A stretch of DNA of 56,705 bases, from positions 1 through 56,705 of the forward strand of contig CAZVZC010000008.1 of the NCBI GenBank assembly GCA_964631415.1. Direction: 5' to 3'. The stretch comes from an uncultured archaeon (GTDB lineage Archaea > Asgardarchaeota > Thorarchaeia > Thorarchaeales > Thorarchaeaceae). Positions within the stretch are counted from its first letter, which is position 1. Each line of letters opens with the position of its first letter. A program made the position numbers and the translations under genes. Under the pieces are notes generated by a model. The model saw only the letters and a program-made list of their open reading frames with translations. It ran no database searches and was not told the origin of the DNA. This document shows positions 38,306 to 46,582 of this stretch, one piece after another.

Positions 38306-38823
38306 GCCGCACCAGCACGGACTGCTTGCAGATTGACATCAAGGGACTTCGCAGGCACCATCTCGGCCACGGCTTTCTCTAGGATCTCCAAGGGAAAGAC
38401 TTTCGCCTTCTTGATTAGAGCTCCAAGCATGACCATGTTGGACACCATTCTCTGACCAAGGTCGTCAGCAATCCTCATTGCCGGGACCCCAATGATGTCG
38501 TAGTCTGTCCGAGTCGTGCCACAATCCACCAAGTCAGAGTCGATGATGATTGTACTGTGCGCCTTGGCACCGCTCGCATACGCGTCAAAAGCCTTCTGAG
38601 ACATGAGAACGCTGTAGTCTGCTTTCTGCACCTTTGGATAGTGTATCGGCTGGTCGCTCACGATGACCTCACTCTTGGCATCAGTGCCCCGAGCCTCAGA
38701 CCCGTAGCTCTGTGTCTGTACTGCATCAAGACCACCGTGTACAACAGCAGCATGGCCGACTATTACACCAGCGAGCACCACGCCCATTCCACCAGTGCCA
38801 GCAATGCGAATCTCGACCCTCAT
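38296..38823 (-). CDS. 2-oxoacid:ferredoxin oxidoreductase gamma subunit
   Basis: IRIAGTGGMG, QSYGSEARG, NMVMLGA. Confidence 0.92.
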   Translation of the reverse strand: MRVEIRIAGTGGMGVVLAGVIVGHAAVVHGGLDAVQTQSYGSEARGTDAKSEVIVSDQPIHYPKVQKADYSVLMSQKAFDAYASGAKAHSTIIIDSDLVDCGTTRTDYDIIGVPAMRIADDLGQRMVSNMVMLGALIKKAKVFPLEILEKAVAEMVPAKSLDVNLQAVRAGAAQV

Positions 38824-39692
38824 CGTGTTTCCCCTCCTGCGCCAGCCGCCATCTGTTTCAGTGAGTCGATGAATTCTGGCTCCTCCCGGTCAACAAAATC
38901 ACCAAGATCCTGTCCCTCTTTTGTGGGGACCTTGTACTCGACAGGCGAGTCCGGTTTCCGAATGGGGAGCTTCTTGAACCACTCAATCATGTCAACCGGG
39001 TTTGGCATCTTGACTCGGCGGCCGTATGCAGTCGGGCATTGGCTGAGTATCTCGACGAATGTGAAGCCTTTCCGCTGTAGGGCCTTTCTTATAGCGCGCG
39101 AGGCTTGAATCGGATGCGCGGTGGTCCATCGGGCAACATAGTTGGCACCTGCTGCTGCGACTAGTCGTGCGAGGTCAAAGGGTCGCTCAGGATTCCCATA
39201 CGGGGATGTGGTCGTCCTGTCGCCACTGAATGTCGTCGGACCAACTTGGCCCCCCGTCATGCCGTACACATAGTTGTTACTGCATATGACCGTCATGTCG
39301 ATGTTGCGGCGTGCCGCATGAATGAGGTGGTTGCCGCCTATGGCGGCCAGATCACCGTCACCACTTACGACGACTATTTTCAACTCGGGGCGTGCGACCT
39401 TCAGACCAGTGGCAAAGGCGAGAGCACGACCGTGTGTTGTGTGTAGTGTGTCTGCAAGAAAGTGAGGTGAAATGGCCCACGATGCGCACCCTATGCCGGA
39501 AACAAACGCAAACTTGCTGAGGTCATCATGTCCAAGGTCTTTCACTGCTTTCAGGAAGATGTTCATAATAATACCGTTCCCGCACCCCGGACAGAACGGT
39601 GTGGGCAGAACCGACTCGCGGATGTATTGAAGGGAGAAGTGCCGTGCAGAAGTGGACAACTTGCGCACCTCGTCTTGGTCGAAAGCTCCCAA
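38820..39692 (-). CDS. 2-oxoacid:ferredoxin oxidoreductase beta (TPP) subunit
   Basis: FCPGCG, GIGC, HGRA, GDGD..N, YGMTGGQ. Confidence 0.93.
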   Translation of the reverse strand: MGAFDQDEVRKLSTSARHFSLQYIRESVLPTPFCPGCGNGIIMNIFLKAVKDLGHDDLSKFAFVSGIGCASWAISPHFLADTLHTTHGRALAFATGLKVARPELKIVVVSGDGDLAAIGGNHLIHAARRNIDMTVICSNNYVYGMTGGQVGPTTFSGDRTTTSPYGNPERPFDLARLVAAAGANYVARWTTAHPIQASRAIRKALQRKGFTFVEILSQCPTAYGRRVKMPNPVDMIEWFKKLPIRKPDSPVEYKVPTKEGQDLGDFVDREEPEFIDSLKQMAAGAGGETR

Positions 39693-39867
39693 GTGTGCTC
39701 GGCTAATAACCTGTTGTTAGGAAACAATCCATGATTCCTGTGCCCCTAGAGGCCCCTTATGATGCCTGCTGCATCAGAAACGCCAGTCGTGTACAAGGAG
39801 CATCACTTTTAAGACAACAGAATGGGAGCCTTCATTCTCGTGTGACCCAAGTAAAGGGTGAACAAAG

Positions 39868-40314
39868 ATGTCAGATGTCACTGCAATGAGAGCTTTCAAC
39901 CGCGAGATGGCCTCGGTGATTGGAGCTTCTGTCAACGTCACTACTACGACAGGGAAGACATACACCGGCACTCTCAAGGGAATCGACCAGACCACACTGA
40001 GCATTGTCCTCTCTGATGTGGTCGTCCTTGGCGAAGAGCAGAGAATCCCTAGGATTTTCATATACGGTAGCAGCATTGTTTCTTTCTCGGTTTCTGAGAA
40101 GGAGATCAGCCTAGAAGGGCTTGCAAAGAAGCTGGAAGCAACGTTCCCGCCGGGCGGCGTGCGCTATTTCGCTGACACACAAGTGATAGTCGTCATGAAC
40201 AAGATACGCATCACCCCCGAGGGAGTAGATGGCTCTGGTCCACTCTATGAGCGAGTCGCAGCAATGGCAAAAGAGTGGATGGAAGAGCATGGTATCGAGA
40301 AGAAGACAGAGTAG
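39868..40314 (+). CDS. Extended Sm-like protein (SmAP3 type)
   Basis: Sm fold GKTYTGTLKGID..SIVLSD plus C-terminal domain FPPGGVRY..GSGPL. Confidence 0.85.
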   Translation: MSDVTAMRAFNREMASVIGASVNVTTTTGKTYTGTLKGIDQTTLSIVLSDVVVLGEEQRIPRIFIYGSSIVSFSVSEKEISLEGLAKKLEATFPPGGVRYFADTQVIVVMNKIRITPEGVDGSGPLYERVAAMAKEWMEEHGIEKKTE

Positions 40315-40431
40315 AACCATGTTCAAAGTCGGCTGCCGCTTGATGATCTAGTGAGGTCTAGGTGTCACTAGGACTGAGCGCTCGTGATTTGACATCTGTA
40401 CCATGGTCACAAGGAGAACAACGCCAAGGCC

Positions 40432-41712
40432 TCACAGGATTTTCCTAAGTCCCAAGTCCTCAATGTTCTTCTTCCTATCTGCAAAATCGCGGTCGGGTCG
40501 AGCGGCGGCCTGGTGCCTTTCTATAGGTTTCAGCCTGTCTTCCCAAGAACCTTGACGCGGATAGGACGGAATCTTGCCAATAGTCTTGAACTCCTCTTTG
40601 ATTCTTCTTGGGTCGATAGAGCCTGCCTGTGATGCAAGCACTCCCAAATCAGCCAGCTTCCTCCTGTTTGAAGAGGTGGGACCATCTTCCTTGGCTCTGG
40701 GAAGTAGCTGAGGACTCTTCACACCGGTGAGTATCAGCATCACGCGTAGTAGTCCACTCAGGCGTGGATCTACTCGTGCACCCCAGATGACATTGGCGTC
40801 AGTGCTCAGCTTCTTCGATATCATCTCTCCGACATTGTTCGCCTCAGCCAACGACATATCAGGCCCGCCTGTGATGTGTATCAGCGCACCTGTGGCACCG
40901 TTCCAGTCGACCTCCAGCAACGGACTGTTCAGTGCGTTCTGTATGGCGGCCTCGGCTCTGTTCGGACCAGTCGCCTCGCCCAGACCCACAAGAGCGACAC
41001 CGCCATTGCATATGATTGATCGTACGTCTGCATAGTCAAGATTGATCAGACTAGGCATCGTTATCGTTTCTGTGATACCCTTTACCATCCCAGCTAGGAC
41101 CTCGTCTGCTACTCCGAACGCCTCCTCTATTGGCAGATCAGGCACGAGCTCCATCAGCTTCTGATTGTCAATCACTACAACCGTGTCCGCGTTCTCCTGA
41201 AGCCGGGCCAGTCCGGCCTTGGCTTTGTCCATTCGCGTCCGCTCCAGTTCAAAGGGCATTGTGACGACGCCAACGACTATTGCATCGTTCTTCTTTGCAA
41301 TCTCTGCTATCACTGGTGCACTGCCGGTCCCAGTACCGCCGCCCATGCCCGCGGCAATGAAGACCAAGTCTGCATCTCTGAGGAGCTCAGTGAGCTGAGG
41401 TATGGACTCTTCTGCTGCGGCTTGACCCACGTGCGGGTATCCGCCTGCGCCGAGCCCGCGTGTGATTCTTTCTCCTATCAGAAGCTTGCGATGAGCTGTG
41501 GTCACTGCTAGGTGTTGTCTGTCTGTATTGATGGCAACACACTCCGCGCCTTGGACTCCGATTGTCATGAGCCGCTTGATTGTGTTATTGCCTGCACCTC
41601 CGCAGCCAACAACTACGATTCTGGCTTGACCCATGTCACGACCGTCTGACATGCCTCGCTCCCCGCGGCTGTGTTCCTTTGCATCATCAACGAAGGATTT
41701 CATCCCTCTCAT
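40432..41712 (-). CDS. ftsZ: Cell division protein FtsZ (FtsZ2-type context)
   Basis: [25 protein letters not shown]. Confidence 0.96.
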   Translation of the reverse strand: MRGMKSFVDDAKEHSRGERGMSDGRDMGQARIVVVGCGGAGNNTIKRLMTIGVQGAECVAINTDRQHLAVTTAHRKLLIGERITRGLGAGGYPHVGQAAAEESIPQLTELLRDADLVFIAAGMGGGTGTGSAPVIAEIAKKNDAIVVGVVTMPFELERTRMDKAKAGLARLQENADTVVVIDNQKLMELVPDLPIEEAFGVADEVLAGMVKGITETITMPSLINLDYADVRSIICNGGVALVGLGEATGPNRAEAAIQNALNSPLLEVDWNGATGALIHITGGPDMSLAEANNVGEMISKKLSTDANVIWGARVDPRLSGLLRVMLILTGVKSPQLLPRAKEDGPTSSNRRKLADLGVLASQAGSIDPRRIKEEFKTIGKIPSYPRQGSWEDRLKPIERHQAAARPDRDFADRKKNIEDLGLRKIL

Positions 41713-41885
41713 ACCACTCCTAGGTCTTCCTTTCTTGTATTGCCTTGCGTCCAGAGTTCTTTCTTGAGCAGGTCGCGGATGGCTATTCGGATGGTTTCTG
41801 AACGGTTAGGGTAGAGACCATTGGCGACTAGGCGCTGTATGTCATCGACCAGCTTCTCAGGCAAGTGCACCGCAATGAGACGCAT
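41709..41885 (-). CDS. cdrS: Ribbon-helix-helix regulator CdrS-like (58 aa) MRLIAVHLPEKLVDDIQRLVANGLYPNRSETIRIAIRDLL...
   Basis: Hand translation; G-x-YPNRSE-x-IR-x-A-x-R motif; ATGA overlap with the ftsZ start; missing from ORF track. Confidence 0.9.
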   Translation of the reverse strand: MRLIAVHLPEKLVDDIQRLVANGLYPNRSETIRIAIRDLLKKELWTQGNTRKEDLGVV

Positions 41886-41960
41886 GGGCAGTCCTCCGAA
41901 GAGAGGACCTGCCAGAAAGATATGTACTCGTGTAATACCAGTGTGTGAACTGCATTTCCG

Positions 41961-42006
41961 GGAGAAAAGAAGGGCTGAGATGAAGAGGCGGACCTCTTCA
42001 ATCTCA
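41961..42006 (-). terminator. Hairpin plus pyrimidine tract after rpl2
   Basis: Minus strand TGAGAT-TGAAGAGG-TCCG-CCTCTTCA-TCTCA-GCCCTTCTTTTCTCC. Confidence 0.6.
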
Positions 42007-42015
42007 AGTCTGAAT

Positions 42016-42741
42016 CTACTTCTTGCGCTTTAGACCAGTCCGTCGTGCAGCAATGTGGCCTACCTTGCGTCCAGGCGGTGCGTTCCTGCTTACAGTTGTG
42101 GGCTTGCTTGGAGACTGGTGAGAACCACCACCGTGGGGGTGAGAACAGGCGTTCATTGTGTCGCCACGTACAACTGGCCACTTGATTGCCTTACCACTGA
42201 TATTGTGGAATACTCCACCAGCCTTGAGAAACGGCCTCTCTGGACGTCCGCCTCCAGCGACAATGCCTATCGTAGCCCTGCATCGGGGACTGAAGGGTCT
42301 CTGCTGACCACTGGGCAATCTGACTATGGTGCGAGTCTTGTCAGTAGACAGCACCGTCGCGGAGAGTCCTGATGCTCGAACGAACTTGCCGCCGTCACCT
42401 GGGCTTCCCTCAATGTTGTAAATCGGCATGCCTTCCGGGATGTGTTGAAGCATCAGAGTGTTGCCGTTGGCGAGGACTGCATCATCTCCACACTCGATCT
42501 CCTGACCAACATAGGCGCCTTCCGGAGCCACGATGTAATTGGGTTGTCGTTCGTCATGAAACCTCACTACTGCCAGAGGAGCACCTCTGCCGGGTTCATG
42601 GCGGAGAGAGGCTATGACACCCATGTATGTCTTCCCAGGGGCCCATTTCGGATGCATTGCGGGTGCCAACTTCTTATGTGTAGGTGAAGTGAATTGCTGT
42701 GCACCGCGCCCTTTCCTTCGAGCTAGTATTCGTCTACCCAT
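42016..42741 (-). CDS. rpl2: 50S ribosomal protein uL2
   Basis: HEPGRGAPLA, GDGGKFVRASG, HPHGGG. Confidence 0.97.
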   Translation of the reverse strand: MGRRILARRKGRGAQQFTSPTHKKLAPAMHPKWAPGKTYMGVIASLRHEPGRGAPLAVVRFHDERQPNYIVAPEGAYVGQEIECGDDAVLANGNTLMLQHIPEGMPIYNIEGSPGDGGKFVRASGLSATVLSTDKTRTIVRLPSGQQRPFSPRCRATIGIVAGGGRPERPFLKAGGVFHNISGKAIKWPVVRGDTMNACSHPHGGGSHQSPSKPTTVSRNAPPGRKVGHIAARRTGLKRKK

Positions 42742-42753
42742 ACGAACACCTCC

Positions 42754-43017
42754 TTAGAATATCCCCAGCTGCGTCGCCACATCGGCCGCACTGTATTCAG
42801 GCGCCAGACGCAGTGTTGCCTTCTTTCTTCCGTCAGGCAATATCTGAGTGTTCACCTTGTCAACAACAACGTCGTAGAGAGTTTCTATGGCCCACCTTAT
42901 CATGTTCTTGTTAGCCGAGCGAGCAACATAGAACACCAGCTTGTTCTGGCTCTCGACTGCCTGAAGGCTGGCCTCTGTCACAACTGGTCGGATGACGATT
43001 TCGTTTGGATCTACCAT
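42754..43017 (-). CDS. rpl23: 50S ribosomal protein uL23
   Basis: PVVTE..NKLVF..KVNT..GRKKA; start MVDPN. Confidence 0.95.
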   Translation of the reverse strand: MVDPNEIVIRPVVTEASLQAVESQNKLVFYVARSANKNMIRWAIETLYDVVVDKVNTQILPDGRKKATLRLAPEYSAADVATQLGIF

Positions 43018-43028
43018 CGTACGACACC

Positions 43029-43817
43029 TCATATGAACAGATTCTCTTTCTCCAGTCGAGAGATGGCCCCTTGCGTCCACACTACAAGACGACCGGGATG
43101 AGTCCCGGGGGCAAGGAGCTCTGCATTCAAACCTTGTACCTCGACCGTGTCGACGCCCGTGAGATTGTGAGCGGCCTTCGAAATGCCCTGATCGGAACCA
43201 ACAACTATCAGGAAGGACTTCGGGTTCTTCATCTTCCGCCCGCGCATCTTTCCTTTGCCTGCCCTGACAGCACGACCATCATTTGCACGTTTCAGATCGT
43301 CCTGCAGACCGAGAGCAGATGCAACTTCCTGGACTGCCTTTGTTGTCTTGAGTGACTCAAGGCCATCATTCACGACCAGAGGAAGTGCGGGCACCGAGTC
43401 TATGTGATGACCACGCGCTCTCACAAGATCACTGCTTGCGGTCGCCGCGATTGCTGAACGGATCGCAAGCCTCCGTTCCTTTATGTTGATCTTCTCAATG
43501 ATGACCTTTCGAGATTCTGGCGGATGTGCCTGGCGACCACCCACAGTGCCTGGAGCAAACGCGCCTTGGTTGGAGGCTTTGCTACCGCTACCCTTCACTC
43601 GTGGTATACGTGCTTTACCGCGTCCAGTCTGCCAGCTCTGAGCTGTGGTCCGCTTTCCAGCCAACTCGTCGGTACCATGCGGTTGGCGCCTTCGCGACTG
43701 CACTGCCAGTACGGCCCTCTTTATCACATCAGGGCGATAAGGGGTTTCAAAATGCACTGGCAGCTGAATGGCAGCACCTGCCTTCCCCTTGAGAGAGTAT
43801 GTCTTTACACTTGCCAT
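43029..43817 (-). CDS. rpl4: 50S ribosomal protein uL4
   Basis: RPDVIKRAV, GRGKARIPR, RAGKGKMRGR, LAPGTHPGRL. Confidence 0.97.
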   Translation of the reverse strand: MASVKTYSLKGKAGAAIQLPVHFETPYRPDVIKRAVLAVQSRRRQPHGTDELAGKRTTAQSWQTGRGKARIPRVKGSGSKASNQGAFAPGTVGGRQAHPPESRKVIIEKINIKERRLAIRSAIAATASSDLVRARGHHIDSVPALPLVVNDGLESLKTTKAVQEVASALGLQDDLKRANDGRAVRAGKGKMRGRKMKNPKSFLIVVGSDQGISKAAHNLTGVDTVEVQGLNAELLAPGTHPGRLVVWTQGAISRLEKENLFI

Positions 43818-43834
43818 AGGATATCATCTACCCA

Positions 43835-44842
43835 CTACTGTTTTGAGGAGGTGCTGATGTAGCTCGGTCGGATTGGTGCTGCAGTGTAGCTCCTCTTAGG
43901 TCGAATCGCGAACCTCAGCCTGACGGGCCTCTTGACTGTGCCCGGGACGTGACCGTGCAACATGATGTAGTCGCCGCGGATAACACCGTAGTTCACAAAC
44001 CCACCGGAGGGCGTAATCTCCTCGCCACGCTCACCCACCTTGATGACAGCGTTATTGAAGCTTGTACGCGAATGAAACCCTGTCTGTCCGGCACGGGGCA
44101 CTGTGTATCGAATGCTGCTGGGGTTCCAAGGTCCAAGGGTCCCAATTCCTCGCTTCGTCTTCCTAGCCTTATCCTGCATTATCCTGACACCCCATCGGCG
44201 TACAGGGCCTTGGATACCGTGTCCTTTTGAGACAGCGACTGTGTCGACCAAAAGTCCTTCGCCGAAAATGTCAGCGATACGCAGGTCTGCTCCCAAGACA
44301 CCCTTGGCGTAGGTGAAGGCGTCCTTGACGCTCGGTGCGCCAATCTTATACTCCATCACATCGGGTTTCTTCTTGGGCACTCCTGCAAGCCTTGGCTGAG
44401 TGTGGATCAACATCCTGATCTCGGCAAGTGAATCGAGCTTTGACTCGAGTTCATTCATCTTTGCTGCTTGGTCGTACTCCTTAGGCAGGGGCATATCTCT
44501 GCGGAGGTCATCTGAGAGGTTGTCTGCGAGCACCTCTGTGACAAGTCTTAGACCTGTTGGGGTGGCCGCATATCCTCGTATCGAGAACGGGCGCACCGGT
44601 GGGGTGTCAATGACCGTGACCGGAACGACTACCTCCTGTCCCTTCATCGGGCTGTTTGGATTGATGTTCGTGACCACTGCGTGAGTCATGCCGGCCTTGT
44701 AGCCAGCAAAACCAAGTAGTTTTGCAGCCGAGCCTTTCCACTCAGGCCAGTTCGTGATCCTAGGGACGAACTTAGAGGCCCTACCTCGTGGCAAGTACGC
44801 AAGACTGCCACGCTTAGGTTGATGCTTCTTTCTGTGAGCCAT
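43835..44842 (-). CDS. rpl3: 50S ribosomal protein uL3
   Basis: PKRGSLAYLPR, FAGYKAGMTH, PRAGQTGFH. Confidence 0.97.
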   Translation of the reverse strand: MAHRKKHQPKRGSLAYLPRGRASKFVPRITNWPEWKGSAAKLLGFAGYKAGMTHAVVTNINPNSPMKGQEVVVPVTVIDTPPVRPFSIRGYAATPTGLRLVTEVLADNLSDDLRRDMPLPKEYDQAAKMNELESKLDSLAEIRMLIHTQPRLAGVPKKKPDVMEYKIGAPSVKDAFTYAKGVLGADLRIADIFGEGLLVDTVAVSKGHGIQGPVRRWGVRIMQDKARKTKRGIGTLGPWNPSSIRYTVPRAGQTGFHSRTSFNNAVIKVGERGEEITPSGGFVNYGVIRGDYIMLHGHVPGTVKRPVRLRFAIRPKRSYTAAPIRPSYISTSSKQ

Positions 44843-44987
44843 CTAACAACACCACAATAGTCCCTTGCCGAACGGCCTCTAGACTGGGCTATTCGTACTA
44901 CAGCGGGGCGGTTCGGGGGTTCACTTTTTAACCTTACCGTATGACGCCCCAGTTTCATCATGGTCTGGCTGATGAGCGGGGCACATC

Positions 44988-45875
44988 TCATGTGTGGTAG
45001 CCCGGTTTTTGAATGAGCGACCCAATCGAGTTGTTCAGAAGAGCGAGACTCGCGAGCACCGCTTCTTCCAGACGCACAGTTTCAGTACCTTGGTCAGGGA
45101 TTGTGTTCACCCAGAATTCAGTGCAGGTTCTGAGTGACCCCAAGTTGCTGCTGAAAATCTCTTGGAGGCCATGATAGGGGCCACCAAACATGGCCACGAC
45201 AGACTTTGTGCCTGCCACTGCGGACTTGATTGCACCCTCTTGACTCTGGAAAGGTGGGGCCGTCCGGGACAGAGCAATTCGAGTGGAACCAGCTGAAGCC
45301 TCTAGGTAGTGCAGCAGGCTTCCGACAAACTTGGTTTCAAAACCCCAGTAAAGCTCTGCATCCTTCCGTGACACTACCTCGAGCCGGACCTCAGGACGAA
45401 TGTCTGTAATGCGAAAGAGGGTTGGTACTGTGGCGCTCACAGGGCTGCGGCAGTCCACAGGCGTTTCAGTCCCGATGTCGACCTTCCCCGTGCGATCTTG
45501 GACACCCCATCTCAACTCACCCTTTGCAAGACCGGATGTGTCTGAGTTCAGAGGATGGCTTCGGGTCCGCAGCGGAGGCAGGAGACCAGCATATCTAAGT
45601 GAGGCACTCTGCGGGAAGACACGTCTGCGCAGGTACTGTGGTGTGTCCATATACCGGAGCAATGTGACAAGTATGTCTGCGTCCGTTTTCCGGTCACGAC
45701 GGAGCAGACCACTGTCGTATACGACGACCGTGTCAACACGAAATACTGCAAACGCACGTGCTAAGACTCCGACCTTCATGGTCTTGTCACGAAGGTCTGA
45801 ACAGTCTGCAAGTGATGTGTCAGGAATTGCTACAACGAGCCCCAAGCCAGAGAACCTCCAATGATCAGATGTCAA
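44988..45875 (-). CDS. SPOUT RNA methyltransferase (DUF171/SPOUT1-like)
   Basis: TPQYLRR, YAGLLPPLRT, FGGP, NTIPDQGTETVRLEEA. Confidence 0.9.
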   Translation of the reverse strand: MTSDHWRFSGLGLVVAIPDTSLADCSDLRDKTMKVGVLARAFAVFRVDTVVVYDSGLLRRDRKTDADILVTLLRYMDTPQYLRRRVFPQSASLRYAGLLPPLRTRSHPLNSDTSGLAKGELRWGVQDRTGKVDIGTETPVDCRSPVSATVPTLFRITDIRPEVRLEVVSRKDAELYWGFETKFVGSLLHYLEASAGSTRIALSRTAPPFQSQEGAIKSAVAGTKSVVAMFGGPYHGLQEIFSSNLGSLRTCTEFWVNTIPDQGTETVRLEEAVLASLALLNNSIGSLIQKPGYHT

Positions 45876-46296
45876 GAGTGAACCAGACGGTTGTCTTGGC
45901 GGCAGACTGCTCGATTCTCATGTCGGCATAGGTCATTGCCTTCACTCCAGTTCTCGTTTCGTGACGCTCCAAGTCTATGGTTTCGCCCAATGCTCTTCCT
46001 CTGAGCCTGAAACCTTCAGGTCCCTCCGAGATGTCCTCGACTTCAAACTTGCTGTAGAACTGCCTGTTGATATCCACGAGAGCAATGAGCCGGCCAATCC
46101 ATGCCAACAAGAGTTCTTCGAGGTCAACGCCCTCGACTTGGATTGTGATTGGTTCGACCGGGCGGACCTTGGAGGTGTTGACCATCACCTCAAAGGTTGC
46201 CAGAGCCGCTACTTCGAACGCTTGCTTCAGTGTGCGGCCCCAGCATTCAATTGTCACGTCAGACGTGTGACCATGGAACCTGAAGCCTTCCTTCAA
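45865..46296 (-). CDS. Archease (RtcB cofactor)
   Basis: HTSDV, VKAMTY, C-terminal LDI. Confidence 0.92.
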   Translation of the reverse strand: MKEGFRFHGHTSDVTIECWGRTLKQAFEVAALATFEVMVNTSKVRPVEPITIQVEGVDLEELLLAWIGRLIALVDINRQFYSKFEVEDISEGPEGFRLRGRALGETIDLERHETRTGVKAMTYADMRIEQSAAKTTVWFTLDI

Positions 46297-46391
46297 CCGG
46301 TTGTTCGCACCTTTGCCTCAGGCACTCCAAGAAGCTTAAAAGGAGTTTCCAACCGCTGACTCCGGGAGTCCTCTGAGGACGACCATGTAGA

Positions 46392-46509
46392 GCCGAGGTA
46401 GCCAAGCCAGGATTAAGGCGCTGGTCCTGAAAACCAGTGTGCGTAGCACTCAGGAGTTCAAAGGTCCTGACAACGCGTCAGGGCTGAACACATCTCCTCC
46501 TCGGCGCCA
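46392..46509 (+). tRNA. tRNA-Ser(TGA) with 30-nt T-loop intron at 58/59 (46462-46491); C at position 33
   Basis: GCCGAGG/CCTCGGC, G73, long variable arm; CTGGT-CCTGAAA-ACCAG; BHB GTTC-AAA...GAAC-ACA. Confidence 0.92.
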
Positions 46510-46582
46510 CAATATCCCTCATGAGGGGCTTCGAGTATGTTTGTGTTTCTCTGAGTGCACTCTCATACGGTACCGGGAAGTA

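Noticed and set aside
46392-46509. tRNA-Sec or opal suppressor (TGA in the loop, long variable arm)
   Set aside because: Anticodon UGA reads the Ser codon UCA; Sec needs anticodon UCA and a longer acceptor stem, whereas this one is 7 bp
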